64,000 nt of DNA from NCBI GenBank assembly GCA_963845145.1, contig CAWJQU010000005.1, positions 1,056,001 to 1,120,000 of the forward strand. The letters are read 5' to 3'. The translations under genes were made by a program, and so were the position numbers. This DNA comes from an uncultured delta proteobacterium (GTDB taxonomy: Bacteria > Desulfobacterota > Desulfobacteria > Desulfobacterales > QNYZ01). Numbering within the stretch: the stretch's first letter is position 1; every line of letters begins with the position of its first letter. Positions 1-10,183 of this stretch are shown piece after piece. The notes below the pieces were generated by a model. The model saw only the letters and a program-made list of their open reading frames with translations. It was not told the origin of the DNA and searched no databases.

Positions 1-414
1 GATGCCCTCTTTTTTGGCATATCCCAGAATATCGCGGTTGATCATCTCCCAGGTCTGATCACTGATGGCTTTGATATTGCGGTTCAAGGCAGATTTTTTA
101 AACCCTTCTTCGGCCATGCCGATGCGGCAAAACCAGCGCAGGCTTTGCGAGTCAACGATGTGGAAGGCCAATTCTTCATAAGTGAAACCGAAAAGGACTT
201 TGACGATGATAAAGCGTAGCACTTGTTCGGCGCTCATACCTTTGGCGCCGGCGCGCTGGGTCTTGGACTTGCCTCTGTTTAGATCTTGCAGGATATACTC
301 ACAGATGGTAGGTTTTGCATCGATAATCCCACTGATCACTTCCAGTTCCTTGCTTTGGGGATGATCGAGGATGTGAGCCATCAGGGGCATTTGTTTGGGC
401 CATTTTTCGCGCAT
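1..414 (-). CDS. ISNCY family transposase, N-terminal 138 aa (partial, continues beyond window)
   Basis: Manual translation MREKWPKQMPLMAHILDHPQSKELEVIS...GAKGMSAEQVLRFIIVKVLFGFTYEELAFHIVDSQSLRWFCRIG...FKKSALNRNIKAIS; AGGAG RBS upstream. Not in the ORF track because it is open at the edge. Confidence 0.8.
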   Translation of the reverse strand, partial: MREKWPKQMPLMAHILDHPQSKELEVISGIIDAKPTICEYILQDLNRGKSKTQRAGAKGMSAEQVLRFIIVKVLFGFTYEELAFHIVDSQSLRWFCRIGMAEEGFKKSALNRNIKAISDQTWEMINRDILGYAKKEGI

Positions 415-556
415 TTTGCGACCAGCTCCTTTTCTGTTTTTGTAGTATTATTGAGTGTTTAGTAACTTTTAATATACCACAAAGCGAAAAGAATTGCTAC
501 CGCAAAATGCGCTTTTTTTATGAGTTTCAGATAGTTATAGCTTTGGATGGACACTA
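1..556 (-). mobile_element. Insertion sequence (ISNCY family, ISDol1-like), left part; runs off the window start
   Basis: Contains the transposase 5' end at 1-414. Putative element end ...GGATGGACAC(TA) at ~545-556 abuts a 5'-truncated livH. Confidence 0.7.
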
Positions 557-1407
557 ACTATGACCTATTCCATTTTGGGATTCGCCAACTTTGCTCATGG
601 GGAATTATCGATGGTGGGCGCCTATGTGGCCTATTTTTTTTGTGTGTCACTCAAGTTGGACTTGTTCACATCGGCAATCATAGCCATTCTGTTTTCCGGT
701 GCTCTGGCCATTGGTTGCGATCGCCTCGTTTTTAAAAAAATGAGAGAAACCCCGGTCCTGGCATTGATCATCGCCTCCCTGGGTCTCTCCCTCAGCCTGC
801 GCTATATCATCAGTGCCATATGGGGTCCCGACCCCTTAGCCTATAATCAGGTTCTGGCCAGACCCTACCGGTTCATGGGCGCCTATATTACCTCCACCCA
901 GATCACCGTTTTAGGCGTCACCGTCACAGCCATGTTCTGCTTCCATTTTCTGTTGCATAAAACAAAACTGGGAAAATCCATGCGGGCCCTGTCAGATGAC
1001 ATGTCCCTGGCCCAGGATCGCGGTATCAATGTGGAACGCACCATTTCCTGGGTCTGGTTTATCTGCGGCTGTTTCGCCGGGTTGGGTGGCGTGCTGATGG
1101 CCTGGGAGACGGCCCTGTGGCCCGAACTGGGTTTCAATATTATATTATACCCGTATTCTGTGCGGCCATATTAGGGGGCATCGGTAATGTTTACGGTGCC
1201 GTTATCGGAGCCCTCTTGATCGGTTTCGTGGAAAATGTTGGCCTGGCCATTGATTGGTCAAAGATCCTGGCCTTGCTGGGCTTATCTGCCGCGGACAGTC
1301 CCCTGTATATACCCACCGAATATAAACCAGCCATTTCTTTTACGGTCCTGGTCATCGTGCTGATCTTTCTCCCCTCTGGCCTGTTGGGCGCCCGCAAGGT
1401 GCATTAA
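557..1407 (+). pseudogene. livH: Branched-chain amino acid ABC permease (LivH-like); N-terminal helix removed by IS, frameshift near 1140
   Basis: ORFs 560-1174 and 1117-1407 join into a LivH-like protein (GFANFAHGE, KTKLGKSMRALSDD, AAILGGIGN). The first TM segment that normally precedes this is missing. Confidence 0.8.
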
Positions 1408-1408
1408 T

Positions 1409-2311
1409 ATGGAACTCTTTGACATCATCATATATTTCGGCACCATGATCGGCATCTATTCTATTTTGTCTCTGAGCCTGAACCTGCAGTACGGCTTCGG
1501 TGGACTGGTCAATTTCGGACTCGTAGCCTTTTTCGCCGCGGGGGCTTATACCGGAGCGTTGCTGGCCATTCATGGGGTCTCCTTTTTCTGGGGGATGATC
1601 GGGGCCGGCATGGTCAGCGCACTATTGGGCTTCCTTGTGGCCCTGCCCACCTCCAAACTCTCGGTCAGTTATTGGGCCATCATCACCCTGGGTATCGGGG
1701 AAGTCGTACGTCTGTTTCTGCTCAACGAGGAGTGGCTCACCAAGGGCAGTTTCGGTATCGGGGGCATACAGCGTCCTTTGGAGGCCTTTATAAGCGAAGC
1801 CTTTTATCCCCTATTCTTTTTATTCTTTGTCTGGTTGTTCGTGGGACTAGCTTACGCGCTGATAAGGCGCTTGAGCAACTCCCCTTTCGGCCGAATCATG
1901 AAAGCCATCCGGGAGGAGGACGATCTGGCCCTTGCCATGGGCAAGCCGGTATTTAGAACCAAACTCAAAGTCATGGCCATGGGAGCCGCCCTGAGTGGCA
2001 TCGCCGGCGCCCTGTATGCCTACTACATTACCTATATCTCGCCTTCTGATTTCATGCCCATTGTGACGTTCATCGTCTGGGCCATGGTCATCATCGGTGG
2101 TCGCGGCAACATCGTGGGATCCATCGCCGGTGCGGCGATCATTGTTGCCTTCTATAACTCCACCCGATACCTTAAAGATATCTGGGACATTCCTGCTGAA
2201 ACGCTGGCCAGTCTGCGAATGGTGGCCATCGGCATACTGATCATTCTAACCGTCCTTTATAAACCAGATGGTATTGTAAAGGAAAAAAAGAAAAGCTATC
2301 CCCATGAGTGA
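1409..2311 (+). CDS. livM: Branched-chain amino acid ABC permease (LivM-like)
   Basis: SLNLQYGFGGLVNFG, SPFGRIMKAIREEDD and IIGGRGN motifs; operon context. Confidence 0.88.
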   Translation: MELFDIIIYFGTMIGIYSILSLSLNLQYGFGGLVNFGLVAFFAAGAYTGALLAIHGVSFFWGMIGAGMVSALLGFLVALPTSKLSVSYWAIITLGIGEVVRLFLLNEEWLTKGSFGIGGIQRPLEAFISEAFYPLFFLFFVWLFVGLAYALIRRLSNSPFGRIMKAIREEDDLALAMGKPVFRTKLKVMAMGAALSGIAGALYAYYITYISPSDFMPIVTFIVWAMVIIGGRGNIVGSIAGAAIIVAFYNSTRYLKDIWDIPAETLASLRMVAIGILIILTVLYKPDGIVKEKKKSYPHE

Positions 2312-3092
2312 AACCATGCTGCAAGCCCGTGACATCTACAAAAATTTCGGCGGCATTAAAGCCCTGAATGGTTTCTCATTCCAAGTGGAACCAGGAACGA
2401 TTGTGGGGCTTATCGGTCCCAACGGGTCCGGCAAATCCACCTTGTTCGATATCATCTCCGGGTTCCTGAAGGCTGATTCCGGTAAGGTGCTGTTCAATAA
2501 CCACGATATCACCGGTCGACCGCCCTATAAGATCGCTCAGTCAGGCCTGGTTCGCAGTTTTCAGATCAGCAAGGCCCCTGAGAAAATGACGGTCCTTGAA
2601 AACATGCTCCTGGCCTGCAACCATCAGCTCGGTGAAAATATTTTGCAAAGTATTTTTAGGTTAAAACACATCAAGGCACAGGAGCAACAAAATCTTAGAG
2701 AGGCCCTTTATTACCTTGACTTTGTTGGAATCGAACACCTTGCCAATGAGTACGCCGCCAACCTGTCCGGGGGACAACGTAAGCTTCTCTCCCTGGCCCG
2801 TATCCTGATCCGAAACCCGGAGATGGTTCTGCTGGATGAACCGACGGCCGGTGTCAACCCAACCCTGACAAATAAATTCATGTCCTTTTTAAAAGAGCTT
2901 CGCGATAAACAGGGAAAAACCTTTCTGATTGTGGAACACGATATGAACTTCATCAGCGCGGTCTGTGATCAGGTATATGTTTTAGATGCTGGCGAATTGC
3001 TTGCCCAAGGTTTGCCGAAACAGATTCAGAAGGATGAAAAAGTGTTAGCTGCCTATCTGGGCCGACGGGCTCGACAGCAGAAGACCAGGTGA
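2304..3092 (+). CDS. livG: ABC ATP-binding protein (LivG-like)
   Basis: Walker A GPNGSGKS, LSGGQ, LLDEPTAGVN, VEHDM. Confidence 0.92.
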   Translation: MSETMLQARDIYKNFGGIKALNGFSFQVEPGTIVGLIGPNGSGKSTLFDIISGFLKADSGKVLFNNHDITGRPPYKIAQSGLVRSFQISKAPEKMTVLENMLLACNHQLGENILQSIFRLKHIKAQEQQNLREALYYLDFVGIEHLANEYAANLSGGQRKLLSLARILIRNPEMVLLDEPTAGVNPTLTNKFMSFLKELRDKQGKTFLIVEHDMNFISAVCDQVYVLDAGELLAQGLPKQIQKDEKVLAAYLGRRARQQKTR

Positions 3093-3802
3093 TCATGAAT
3101 TTACTCGATATCAATCAGGTTCATTCCGGATACGACCGCACGGAGATTCTGCACAGTGTATCCCTAAACGTGGAAGTGGGTGAGGTGGTGACCATTATCG
3201 GCCCCAACGGCTGTGGAAAATCCACACTTTTAAAGACTATCATGGGCCATCTGCGCCCGACTCAGGGATCCATCTCATTCAGAGGCGAGGACATTTCCGG
3301 ATTGCGCCCGGACCAAAAGCTGAAAAAGGGGATCAGTTATGTACCCCAGCTCCAAAACATTTTTCCCAACCTAACCGTCCTAGAAAACCTGGAAATGGGT
3401 GGTTTTCTACTGGGCAGAACCGATCAAGACCAGGCCTTGCAGCGGATTTTTGATATATTTCCAAAGATTCAGGAAAGAAAGAGTCAGACCGCCGGTACTC
3501 TCAGCGGCGGCGAGAGACAGATGGTCGCCATGGGCAGTGCGCTCATGACCAATCCTTCCCTTATGCTGCTTGACGAGCCCTCAGCCGGACTCTCACCGGC
3601 CATGACCATCAGCATGTTCGAAAAGATACGTCGACTCAATCAACTGGGTACCTCCCTTTTGATTGTTGAGCAAAATGCCTACGAATCTCTGGAAATATCA
3701 AACCGGGGATACGTGCTGGCCCTGGGTGAAAACGAATTCAGCGGTGATGCACAAGAAATCCTGCAAAACGAACGCATCAGAAAGGCATACCTGGGCGGCT
3801 GA
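3089..3802 (+). CDS. livF: ABC ATP-binding protein (LivF-like)
   Basis: GPNGCGKS, LSGGERQM, LLDEPSAGL, VEQNA, C-terminal AYLGG. Confidence 0.92.
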   Translation: MIMNLLDINQVHSGYDRTEILHSVSLNVEVGEVVTIIGPNGCGKSTLLKTIMGHLRPTQGSISFRGEDISGLRPDQKLKKGISYVPQLQNIFPNLTVLENLEMGGFLLGRTDQDQALQRIFDIFPKIQERKSQTAGTLSGGERQMVAMGSALMTNPSLMLLDEPSAGLSPAMTISMFEKIRRLNQLGTSLLIVEQNAYESLEISNRGYVLALGENEFSGDAQEILQNERIRKAYLGG

Positions 3803-3897
3803 TTATCGGCCGTCTTTTATGGAAAAAGCCGAAAGGCGTTCCGTATAATAGGCAGCATACTGTCTAAACCCAAGATTAATTAAAAAGGAGAGGAACA

Positions 3898-5062
3898 ATG
3901 AAAAAACACGTTTTGACTTGGACCATCCAATTAATCGCCATCATCTTTTTCATGAGCGCTGTCATGCCGGCAACCGTCGCGGCAGCCTCGAGCAGTGATC
4001 CTGTAAAGATCGGGGTTCTCCTGCCCCTTACCGGTGGTGCCGCTGCCGGCGGTAAAAAAGAGCTTATTGGAATGGAATTGGCCGTAGAGGAAATAAACCA
4101 GATGGGTGGCGTATTGAACGGCCGCCTTTCTCAAGCTGATTGTGGAAGACACCGAATCGCGGCCGGAGGCCGGCATGGATGGTGTCCATAAGCTTGTTGA
4201 CGTGGAAAAAGTATCCGTCATTATTGGGGCCCATAGTAGTGCCGTGTCCATACCCACAGCCACCTATTCCAATAAAAAAGGAGTGGTGCAGATAGCCCTC
4301 AGTTCAACAGCACCAAGCCTGAGGACTATTGGCCCTTATCTGTTTACCTGCATGTCTACTGACGAAGTGATGGCAACAGATTTGGTGAGCTTTGCCAGCC
4401 AAGACAGCGGGCAAAAAGATTTTGCAATCCTAACAATGAACGATTCTTTCGGGGTGGGCATGGCCAATGAAATGAAAAAGGCCATTGAGGCCGGTGGTGG
4501 TAAAGTGTTGACTGAAGTACGTTACGAAAAGGGGAAATCAGACTATCGGGCTGAATTACAGCGATTGTTTGCACCTAAACCAAAGGCAATCCTTTCCGTA
4601 GCCTGGTTTCAGACATCCCGTATCATCCAGAAACAGGCCTATGAATTAGGCTTTTACCAGACGGTCAACGATGCTTGGTATTCTCCTTATATTAACATCG
4701 CAGTAGCCTCCTGTATTCCCGAAACCATTAAGGGCCGCAAGGGAACCCGCACTGTCATTGGCACCGGCCCTCGAGTCGACAGTTTTCACAAAAATTATCA
4801 ACAAAAAATAGGTGATTCAGAGAAAATGGCGGAAATGTACACCTGCCTGGGTTACGATTCTGTATGGGTTTCCACCTTGGCCATTAAGCTAGCCGAAAGC
4901 ATAGAGGCTGATAAAGTACGTGACGTATTGCCCACGGCGTTTGGGCTCTATCGCGGCATGTCAGGAGAAGATCTCTCCGTTGATAGCGACGGCATCCGCA
5001 TGAATATGAAATATGCTCGTCAAGTTTACAATGACGGGAAACTGGTTAATTACGAGAAATAA
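3898..5062 (+). CDS. Periplasmic substrate-binding protein, LivK/LivJ-like; frameshift near 4130
   Basis: Signal peptide and VKIGVLLPLTG in 3898-4191 continue as LIVEDTES...IIGAHSS in 4142-5062; strong AGGAGAGG RBS. Confidence 0.85.
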
Positions 5063-5158
5063 TATCGAGTTTCTATGCATGGGGGCGTAGCGTCAGGAAG
5101 TAAATTCAGACCCTACGTCTCTTTGCAAGGCATAATTTGGTTTAAAGGAATTAGTTTG

Positions 5159-6328
5159 ATGAGCAAAATTTATGATGTGGTGATTATTGGCGGTGGAGTG
5201 ATGGGCTGCTCCACAGCCTATAATCTAATCAACAGAGATAACCGCCTAAAAGTGCTAATTGTGGAGATGGATCCTACTTATGCTCGGGCTTCTTCTACCC
5301 TTTCTTTTTCCAATGTTCGCATCAATTTTTCCCTCAGGGAAAATATACAAATATCTCAACACACCTTCCAGGTGCTTGATAGATTTGAAGAAGAAATGGC
5401 TGTGAATGGCAACAAGCCTTATATTTCATGGAGACCGGAAGGAAACCTCTTTCTTTTTGATGAGAAAAAGTCTGAGATCGCCCAGGAAGCTTTGAGTCTG
5501 CAGCAGGATTTAGGTTGCGCAGTGGAGTGGCTATCTCCTGATCAAATCAAGGATAAATACCCCCTGTATAACCTTTCAGAAGTGGTGGGCGGCACACTTG
5601 GTAAAAACGATGGCTATCTGGACGGTTATGCCATGCTTATGGGCTATCGGAATAAGGCCAAATCATTGGGGGTTACAATAGTAAATTCAGAAGTTGCTGC
5701 TATTTCGTCTTTATCCGGACACATCCAAGGGGTCAAACTTATGTCTGGAGAACAACTAAAAGCCGGCCTTGTGATCAACTGTGCTGGGGCCTGGGCGGCG
5801 AAGATTTCCCAAAGCATCGGGGTTTCTTTGCCGGTTGCCCCAACCAAGCGACAGGTTTTCGTATTTGATCCGGCTGTCAAGCTTACCGATCGCCTCCCCC
5901 TTACAGTCTGGCCCTCAGGTATTTGTTTTCGTACTGAAACTGGGGGTCTGGTCTTGGTTGGCAAAGGTCTGCCAGAAGATCCAGTAGGTTTCGATTTCAG
6001 TTGGGATGAAAATAGATTTACTGATATTTTATGGCCCGAACTGGCCGAAGTTGTTCCTGCCTTTGATACTCTGAAATTACTGCGAGGTTGGGCTGGACTT
6101 TACGCTATCAACACTTTGGACAGCAATGCCATATTGGGTGAGTGGCCTGAAATAAAGGGTTTATTTCTAGCCAATGGCTTTTCAGGTCACGGGCTCCAAC
6201 AAGCCCCAGCGGTAGGCCGCTATCTCTCTGAGTTGATTATAGGTCTTCCGGTAAGCCTGGACCTCTCCATTTTCAACCCACAAAGAATTCTGGAAAACCA
6301 TCCCATTCAAGAGTTGGGTATTGTATAG
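5159..6328 (+). CDS. FAD-dependent oxidoreductase, DAO/sarcosine-oxidase-beta family
   Basis: YDVVIIGGGVMG dinucleotide motif, NCAGAWA, GWAGLY, ANGFSGHGLQQAPAVG. Start moved to MSKIYD (AAGGA RBS). Confidence 0.9.
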   Translation: MSKIYDVVIIGGGVMGCSTAYNLINRDNRLKVLIVEMDPTYARASSTLSFSNVRINFSLRENIQISQHTFQVLDRFEEEMAVNGNKPYISWRPEGNLFLFDEKKSEIAQEALSLQQDLGCAVEWLSPDQIKDKYPLYNLSEVVGGTLGKNDGYLDGYAMLMGYRNKAKSLGVTIVNSEVAAISSLSGHIQGVKLMSGEQLKAGLVINCAGAWAAKISQSIGVSLPVAPTKRQVFVFDPAVKLTDRLPLTVWPSGICFRTETGGLVLVGKGLPEDPVGFDFSWDENRFTDILWPELAEVVPAFDTLKLLRGWAGLYAINTLDSNAILGEWPEIKGLFLANGFSGHGLQQAPAVGRYLSELIIGLPVSLDLSIFNPQRILENHPIQELGIV

Positions 6329-6471
6329 AGGTTTGTGTACACTCTGGATTTTGAGATTAAAATTTGAACGAGGCGCAATCTATTTTCATCCCGGAACAAT
6401 GTATATCTACTTTTTCGATATACGGACTAATGTAAAACTCGGTCAATTAAAGAAAGGAGATACAAGCTATC

Positions 6472-7448
6472 ATGTTAGATCAAATGGTTAAACAGAGAAG
6501 ACTCAAAATTAGACTTCCTGTAAGACGAATGATCAAAGAAAATCATCTAAGCCGGGACCATCTTGTTTATCCCATGTCAGTAGACGCCAATATCTCAACA
6601 TCGGTTCCAGTGGATTTTATGCCGGGTATTATGCGATACTCAATACAGGGTGCAGTTGAAAAAGCCAGAGAGCTTTGCGACTTAGGAATTGGTGCAGTTT
6701 ATCTAATCGGTATTCCCCTTTCTCGAGACGAACATGCCAGCGATGCCTATGCCGAAAATGGCGTTATACCGAAAGTAACCAGGGAGATAAAAAGGGCCAC
6801 CGGCGACAAGCTCATGGTCATTGGTGACTCCTATCTGGGATATTTTACCAACCACCAAATTGGTGGTGTACTCGATGATAAAGACAGGATACAAGATGGA
6901 CCCACCTGGAACTTATCAGGAAAATCGCAGTCAAGTGGGCTGAATCAGGAATGGACATTTTTTGCAACTCTACGGCAGTGGACGGACGCGTACTGGCCGC
7001 GCGGGAGGCCCTGTCCGATTCCGGTTTCGATGAAACCCTCATTATGAGCTCCATCAAATTCAATTCCGCCTTTTATATGTCCGGCGTCGGGCTAACCGGT
7101 ACCGGAAAAAGTTATGCTTACGACAAAGGCGTTTACTACATGGATCCGGCCAATTCGGAAGATCCCCTTAAAATGGCCTTACTGGATGTTGAGCAGGGCA
7201 CGGACATCTTGAATATCAAACCGGCCACACCCTATATGGACATTATCCAGAAATTGAAAAACGAATGCGGAAAACCCGTTTCCGCTTACAGCATTGCCGG
7301 TGACTATGCCATGATATCCTATGGCAGCCAGCATGGAAATCTGAATGAAAAGGATTGTGTACTGGAGCTGATGATGAGTCTACGGCGTTCTGGGGCCAAT
7401 ATTCTGATTACCTACTGGGCCGACCGGCTGTCGCAATGGCTGGCTTAA
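6472..7448 (+). CDS. Divergent HemB/porphobilinogen synthase (ALA dehydratase)-fold protein; frameshift near 6905
   Basis: ORFs 6472-7047 and 6951-7448 join. Colinear with PBGS: RRLK..RRMIKENHLSRDHLVYP, MPG, DGRV, IKFNSAFY, MDPAN, NIKPATPYMDII, AYSIAGDYAMI, RRSGANILITYWA. Metal and lid motifs altered, so no gene symbol is given. Confidence 0.85.
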
Positions 7449-7590
7449 TGAAAATCGTTGCACGATTTCAGGGAACGCGACTGTGTCACTCCATCGCCAA
7501 AAGCTTGGTTGCCATCCGCTTGGTGGGTTTATCCGTCGTTGGTGTGGCGGACTAAAATTCTTATAAAAAAATAAAAATGTCATTAGCGCT

Positions 7591-9621
7591 ATGCCATCTT
7601 TTCATAAACTTTTTCAACCCATCGTTATCAATCATCTGGACATAAAAAATCGTCTGGTTATGCCCGCGATGCTGACAAATTTCAGCGATCGTCGGGGATT
7701 TGTAAACGAAAGGCATCTGGCCTATTATCGGCGTCGTGCCCAGGGTGGTGCGGGATTGATCATCGTGGAGCCCTCCTTTGTTCACCCGCGTGGCCGTATC
7801 CGTACTGAACAGTTGTCTCTTTGTGACGAGGTTGCACTTCCCGGGCTACGGCTTCTGGCGAAAGTCATACAGAATCACGGGTCTCTGGCCGCCATTCAAC
7901 TACACCATGGCGGACGCAATGCTCGCTCAGTGGTTACCGCCAGCCAACCCCTGGGAGCCTCGCCGATACCCACGCCCGGACTGGAAAAACCACGTGAAAT
8001 TACCCCGCAGGAGCTCAATGAGGTGATTGAAGCCTTTGCCCGAGCAGCCGATCTGGCCAAGCAGGCCGGTTTTGATGCCTTGGAGATCAGCGCCACCACC
8101 GGCGGTATCCTGGGACAATTTTTGTCACCGGCAGCCAATACACGAGGGGATGGATACGGGGGGTCGTATGAAAAACGGTTCTGTCCACTTTTGTCCGTTA
8201 TAATAGCGATCCAGGCCGAGGTGGGCAGTCGGTTTCCCCTTATCTGTCGGATCAACAGCCGGGAAGACCCCAGTATTGAGAACGGGCTGACTCTTGAGGA
8301 TGGCAAGTTAATCGCTGTCAGCCTTGAGCGGGCCGGCATTCATGCAATTCACGTCTATGTCGATTACGACGGCGCACCTCAACCACTCGATCAGCGACCT
8401 TTGAAAAATGCCGCACTGTTGCACTTGACCCATGAAATAAAAAAGGTAGTTCACATACCGGTCATCGCTGTAGGCCGAATTGACCCCCTGTCCGCGGAAA
8501 AGGCGTTAAGCGATAAAAAGGCGGATATGGTCGCCATGGGCAAGGCCTTGATCGCCGACCCTGACCTACCCAACAAAATCTTGGCAAGACATCCTTCAGC
8601 GGTTCGCCCGTGTATTGTATGCCTGCGATGCATCGACAACGTCCGCACGGATAAAATACTGGAGTGCACCGTTAATGCACGTGCTGGACACGAAGTTGAA
8701 CCCGCTGTCATTGACGCGACGGATACAAAAAGCGTGCTGGTCATTGGGGGCGGACCGGCCGGTATGGAGACGGCCCGCGTTGCCGCCCGTCGGGGTCATC
8801 GGGTAACCCTCTGTGAAAAATCATCCCGTTTGGGCGGCCTGATGCTGTTGGGTGCCATCCTGAACCCTGATCTGATAGAATTAAAAGACCACCTGATTCG
8901 GGAGTTACGAAACAGTCCGGCACGAGTAGAGCTCAATAGGGAGGTCGATTCCGATTTCATCAAAAAGCAAAATCCTGACGTCGTCGTTGTGGCCACAGGC
9001 GGCATCCCGGTCGAACATGCCTATTCAGAAAACGCCGGCGAGATTATGATGAATCTAAAAGACTTTCTTGGCATGATAAACGGGAAGACGCCTTCCGGCG
9101 TATCTCAGGCAAAAAGGATTTTATGGTACTTGGCCGCATGGATGTTTCGATATGCTTATCTTCCCCGCCTGTTAAGATGCTTGATGGCCGTAAATTTTCC
9201 GGTGGGAAAAAGGCTGGTGATTATTGGTGGACAATTTGCCGGCGGTGAACTTGGCATAGCCTATGCCCAAAAAGGCAAAGTGGTCGTCATCATGGAAGAA
9301 ACAGATGAACTCCTGAGCGACCTGGGCCCTACCATGAAAGCCATCTATCTGGCGAAATTAAAAAAACACCAAGTAGCCCTGCTGAAAGAAATTCGCATAT
9401 TGAATATATCAAAAGAGGGTGTGCACATCAATCTGGCGGGTTCCAAAAAGCTGATCGGTGCTGACAGCGTCGTGCTGGCCGGTGGCCTTAAAAAGAACCC
9501 GACAGTGATCCCTTATCTGCAAAATTACACCGGTCAGGTGCATCTGATAGGAGATTGCAGCCAACCGGCCCGGATTAAAGAGGCCATTGCCGCCGGCTAC
9601 CGGGTGGGGTCTGGGCTATAA
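7591..9621 (+). CDS. NADH:flavin oxidoreductase (OYE TIM barrel + 4Fe-4S + FAD/NAD domains), 2,4-dienoyl-CoA reductase-like architecture
   Basis: KNRLVMPAM, RAQGGAGLIIVE, QLHHGGR, NTRGDGYGGS, CIVCLRC-x11-C, VLVIGGGPAGME. Confidence 0.9.
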   Translation: MPSFHKLFQPIVINHLDIKNRLVMPAMLTNFSDRRGFVNERHLAYYRRRAQGGAGLIIVEPSFVHPRGRIRTEQLSLCDEVALPGLRLLAKVIQNHGSLAAIQLHHGGRNARSVVTASQPLGASPIPTPGLEKPREITPQELNEVIEAFARAADLAKQAGFDALEISATTGGILGQFLSPAANTRGDGYGGSYEKRFCPLLSVIIAIQAEVGSRFPLICRINSREDPSIENGLTLEDGKLIAVSLERAGIHAIHVYVDYDGAPQPLDQRPLKNAALLHLTHEIKKVVHIPVIAVGRIDPLSAEKALSDKKADMVAMGKALIADPDLPNKILARHPSAVRPCIVCLRCIDNVRTDKILECTVNARAGHEVEPAVIDATDTKSVLVIGGGPAGMETARVAARRGHRVTLCEKSSRLGGLMLLGAILNPDLIELKDHLIRELRNSPARVELNREVDSDFIKKQNPDVVVVATGGIPVEHAYSENAGEIMMNLKDFLGMINGKTPSGVSQAKRILWYLAAWMFRYAYLPRLLRCLMAVNFPVGKRLVIIGGQFAGGELGIAYAQKGKVVVIMEETDELLSDLGPTMKAIYLAKLKKHQVALLKEIRILNISKEGVHINLAGSKKLIGADSVVLAGGLKKNPTVIPYLQNYTGQVHLIGDCSQPARIKEAIAAGYRVGSGL

Positions 9622-9670
9622 AAACGAATTATTTGCCAAACCAACTGAAAATAACTGCGCAGAGGTAGCT

Positions 9671-10132
9671 ATGAGCATTGAGGAAAAACTGGTCCATCTG
9701 GGACATCAATTAGAAGAACCCGTCACCCCCCTGGCCAACTATGTTCCAGCCCTGGTGGTACCGCCCTTTGTTTTCACCTCCGGGGCTACCTGCATGCTGG
9801 CTGGCAAACCCAAGTACTTCGGCAAGGTGGGGCAAGAATTAAGTATTGAACAAGGATATGAAGCTGCCCAAATAACCGTTTTGAACCTGCTTGCCAAGAT
9901 AAAAGCGGTCATCATGGATCTGGATAGGATAGACAGGCTGGTACGGTTGACCGGTTATATCAATTGCAATCCCGATTTTACAAAGCAGTCCCAGGTGATG
10001 GACGGCGCTTCGGATCTGCTTGTAGAACTGTTCGGTGAATCAGGCCGCCATGTGCGAACCGCCTTGGGGGTCTGCAGCCTGCCCCTGAACCTGCCCCTGG
10101 AGATCGAAATGGTTGCCCAAATCACGATCTAA
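9671..10132 (+). CDS. Rid/YjgF/YER057c/UK114 family protein (probable imine deaminase)
   Basis: ANYVP, FTSG, GASDLLVELFGESGRHVRTALGV.SLP..LPLEIE; catalytic Arg retained. Start set at MSIEEK (GAGG RBS). Confidence 0.9.
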   Translation: MSIEEKLVHLGHQLEEPVTPLANYVPALVVPPFVFTSGATCMLAGKPKYFGKVGQELSIEQGYEAAQITVLNLLAKIKAVIMDLDRIDRLVRLTGYINCNPDFTKQSQVMDGASDLLVELFGESGRHVRTALGVCSLPLNLPLEIEMVAQITI

Positions 10133-10183
10133 AATTATTTTCAATACATCAGATACGACCTTCTCAGGCTAGAAATAACAATA

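Noticed and set aside
6472..7448. Calling this the housekeeping hemB
   Set aside because: Metal loop, lid arginines and other substrate contacts are replaced, and no other haem-pathway gene is nearby.
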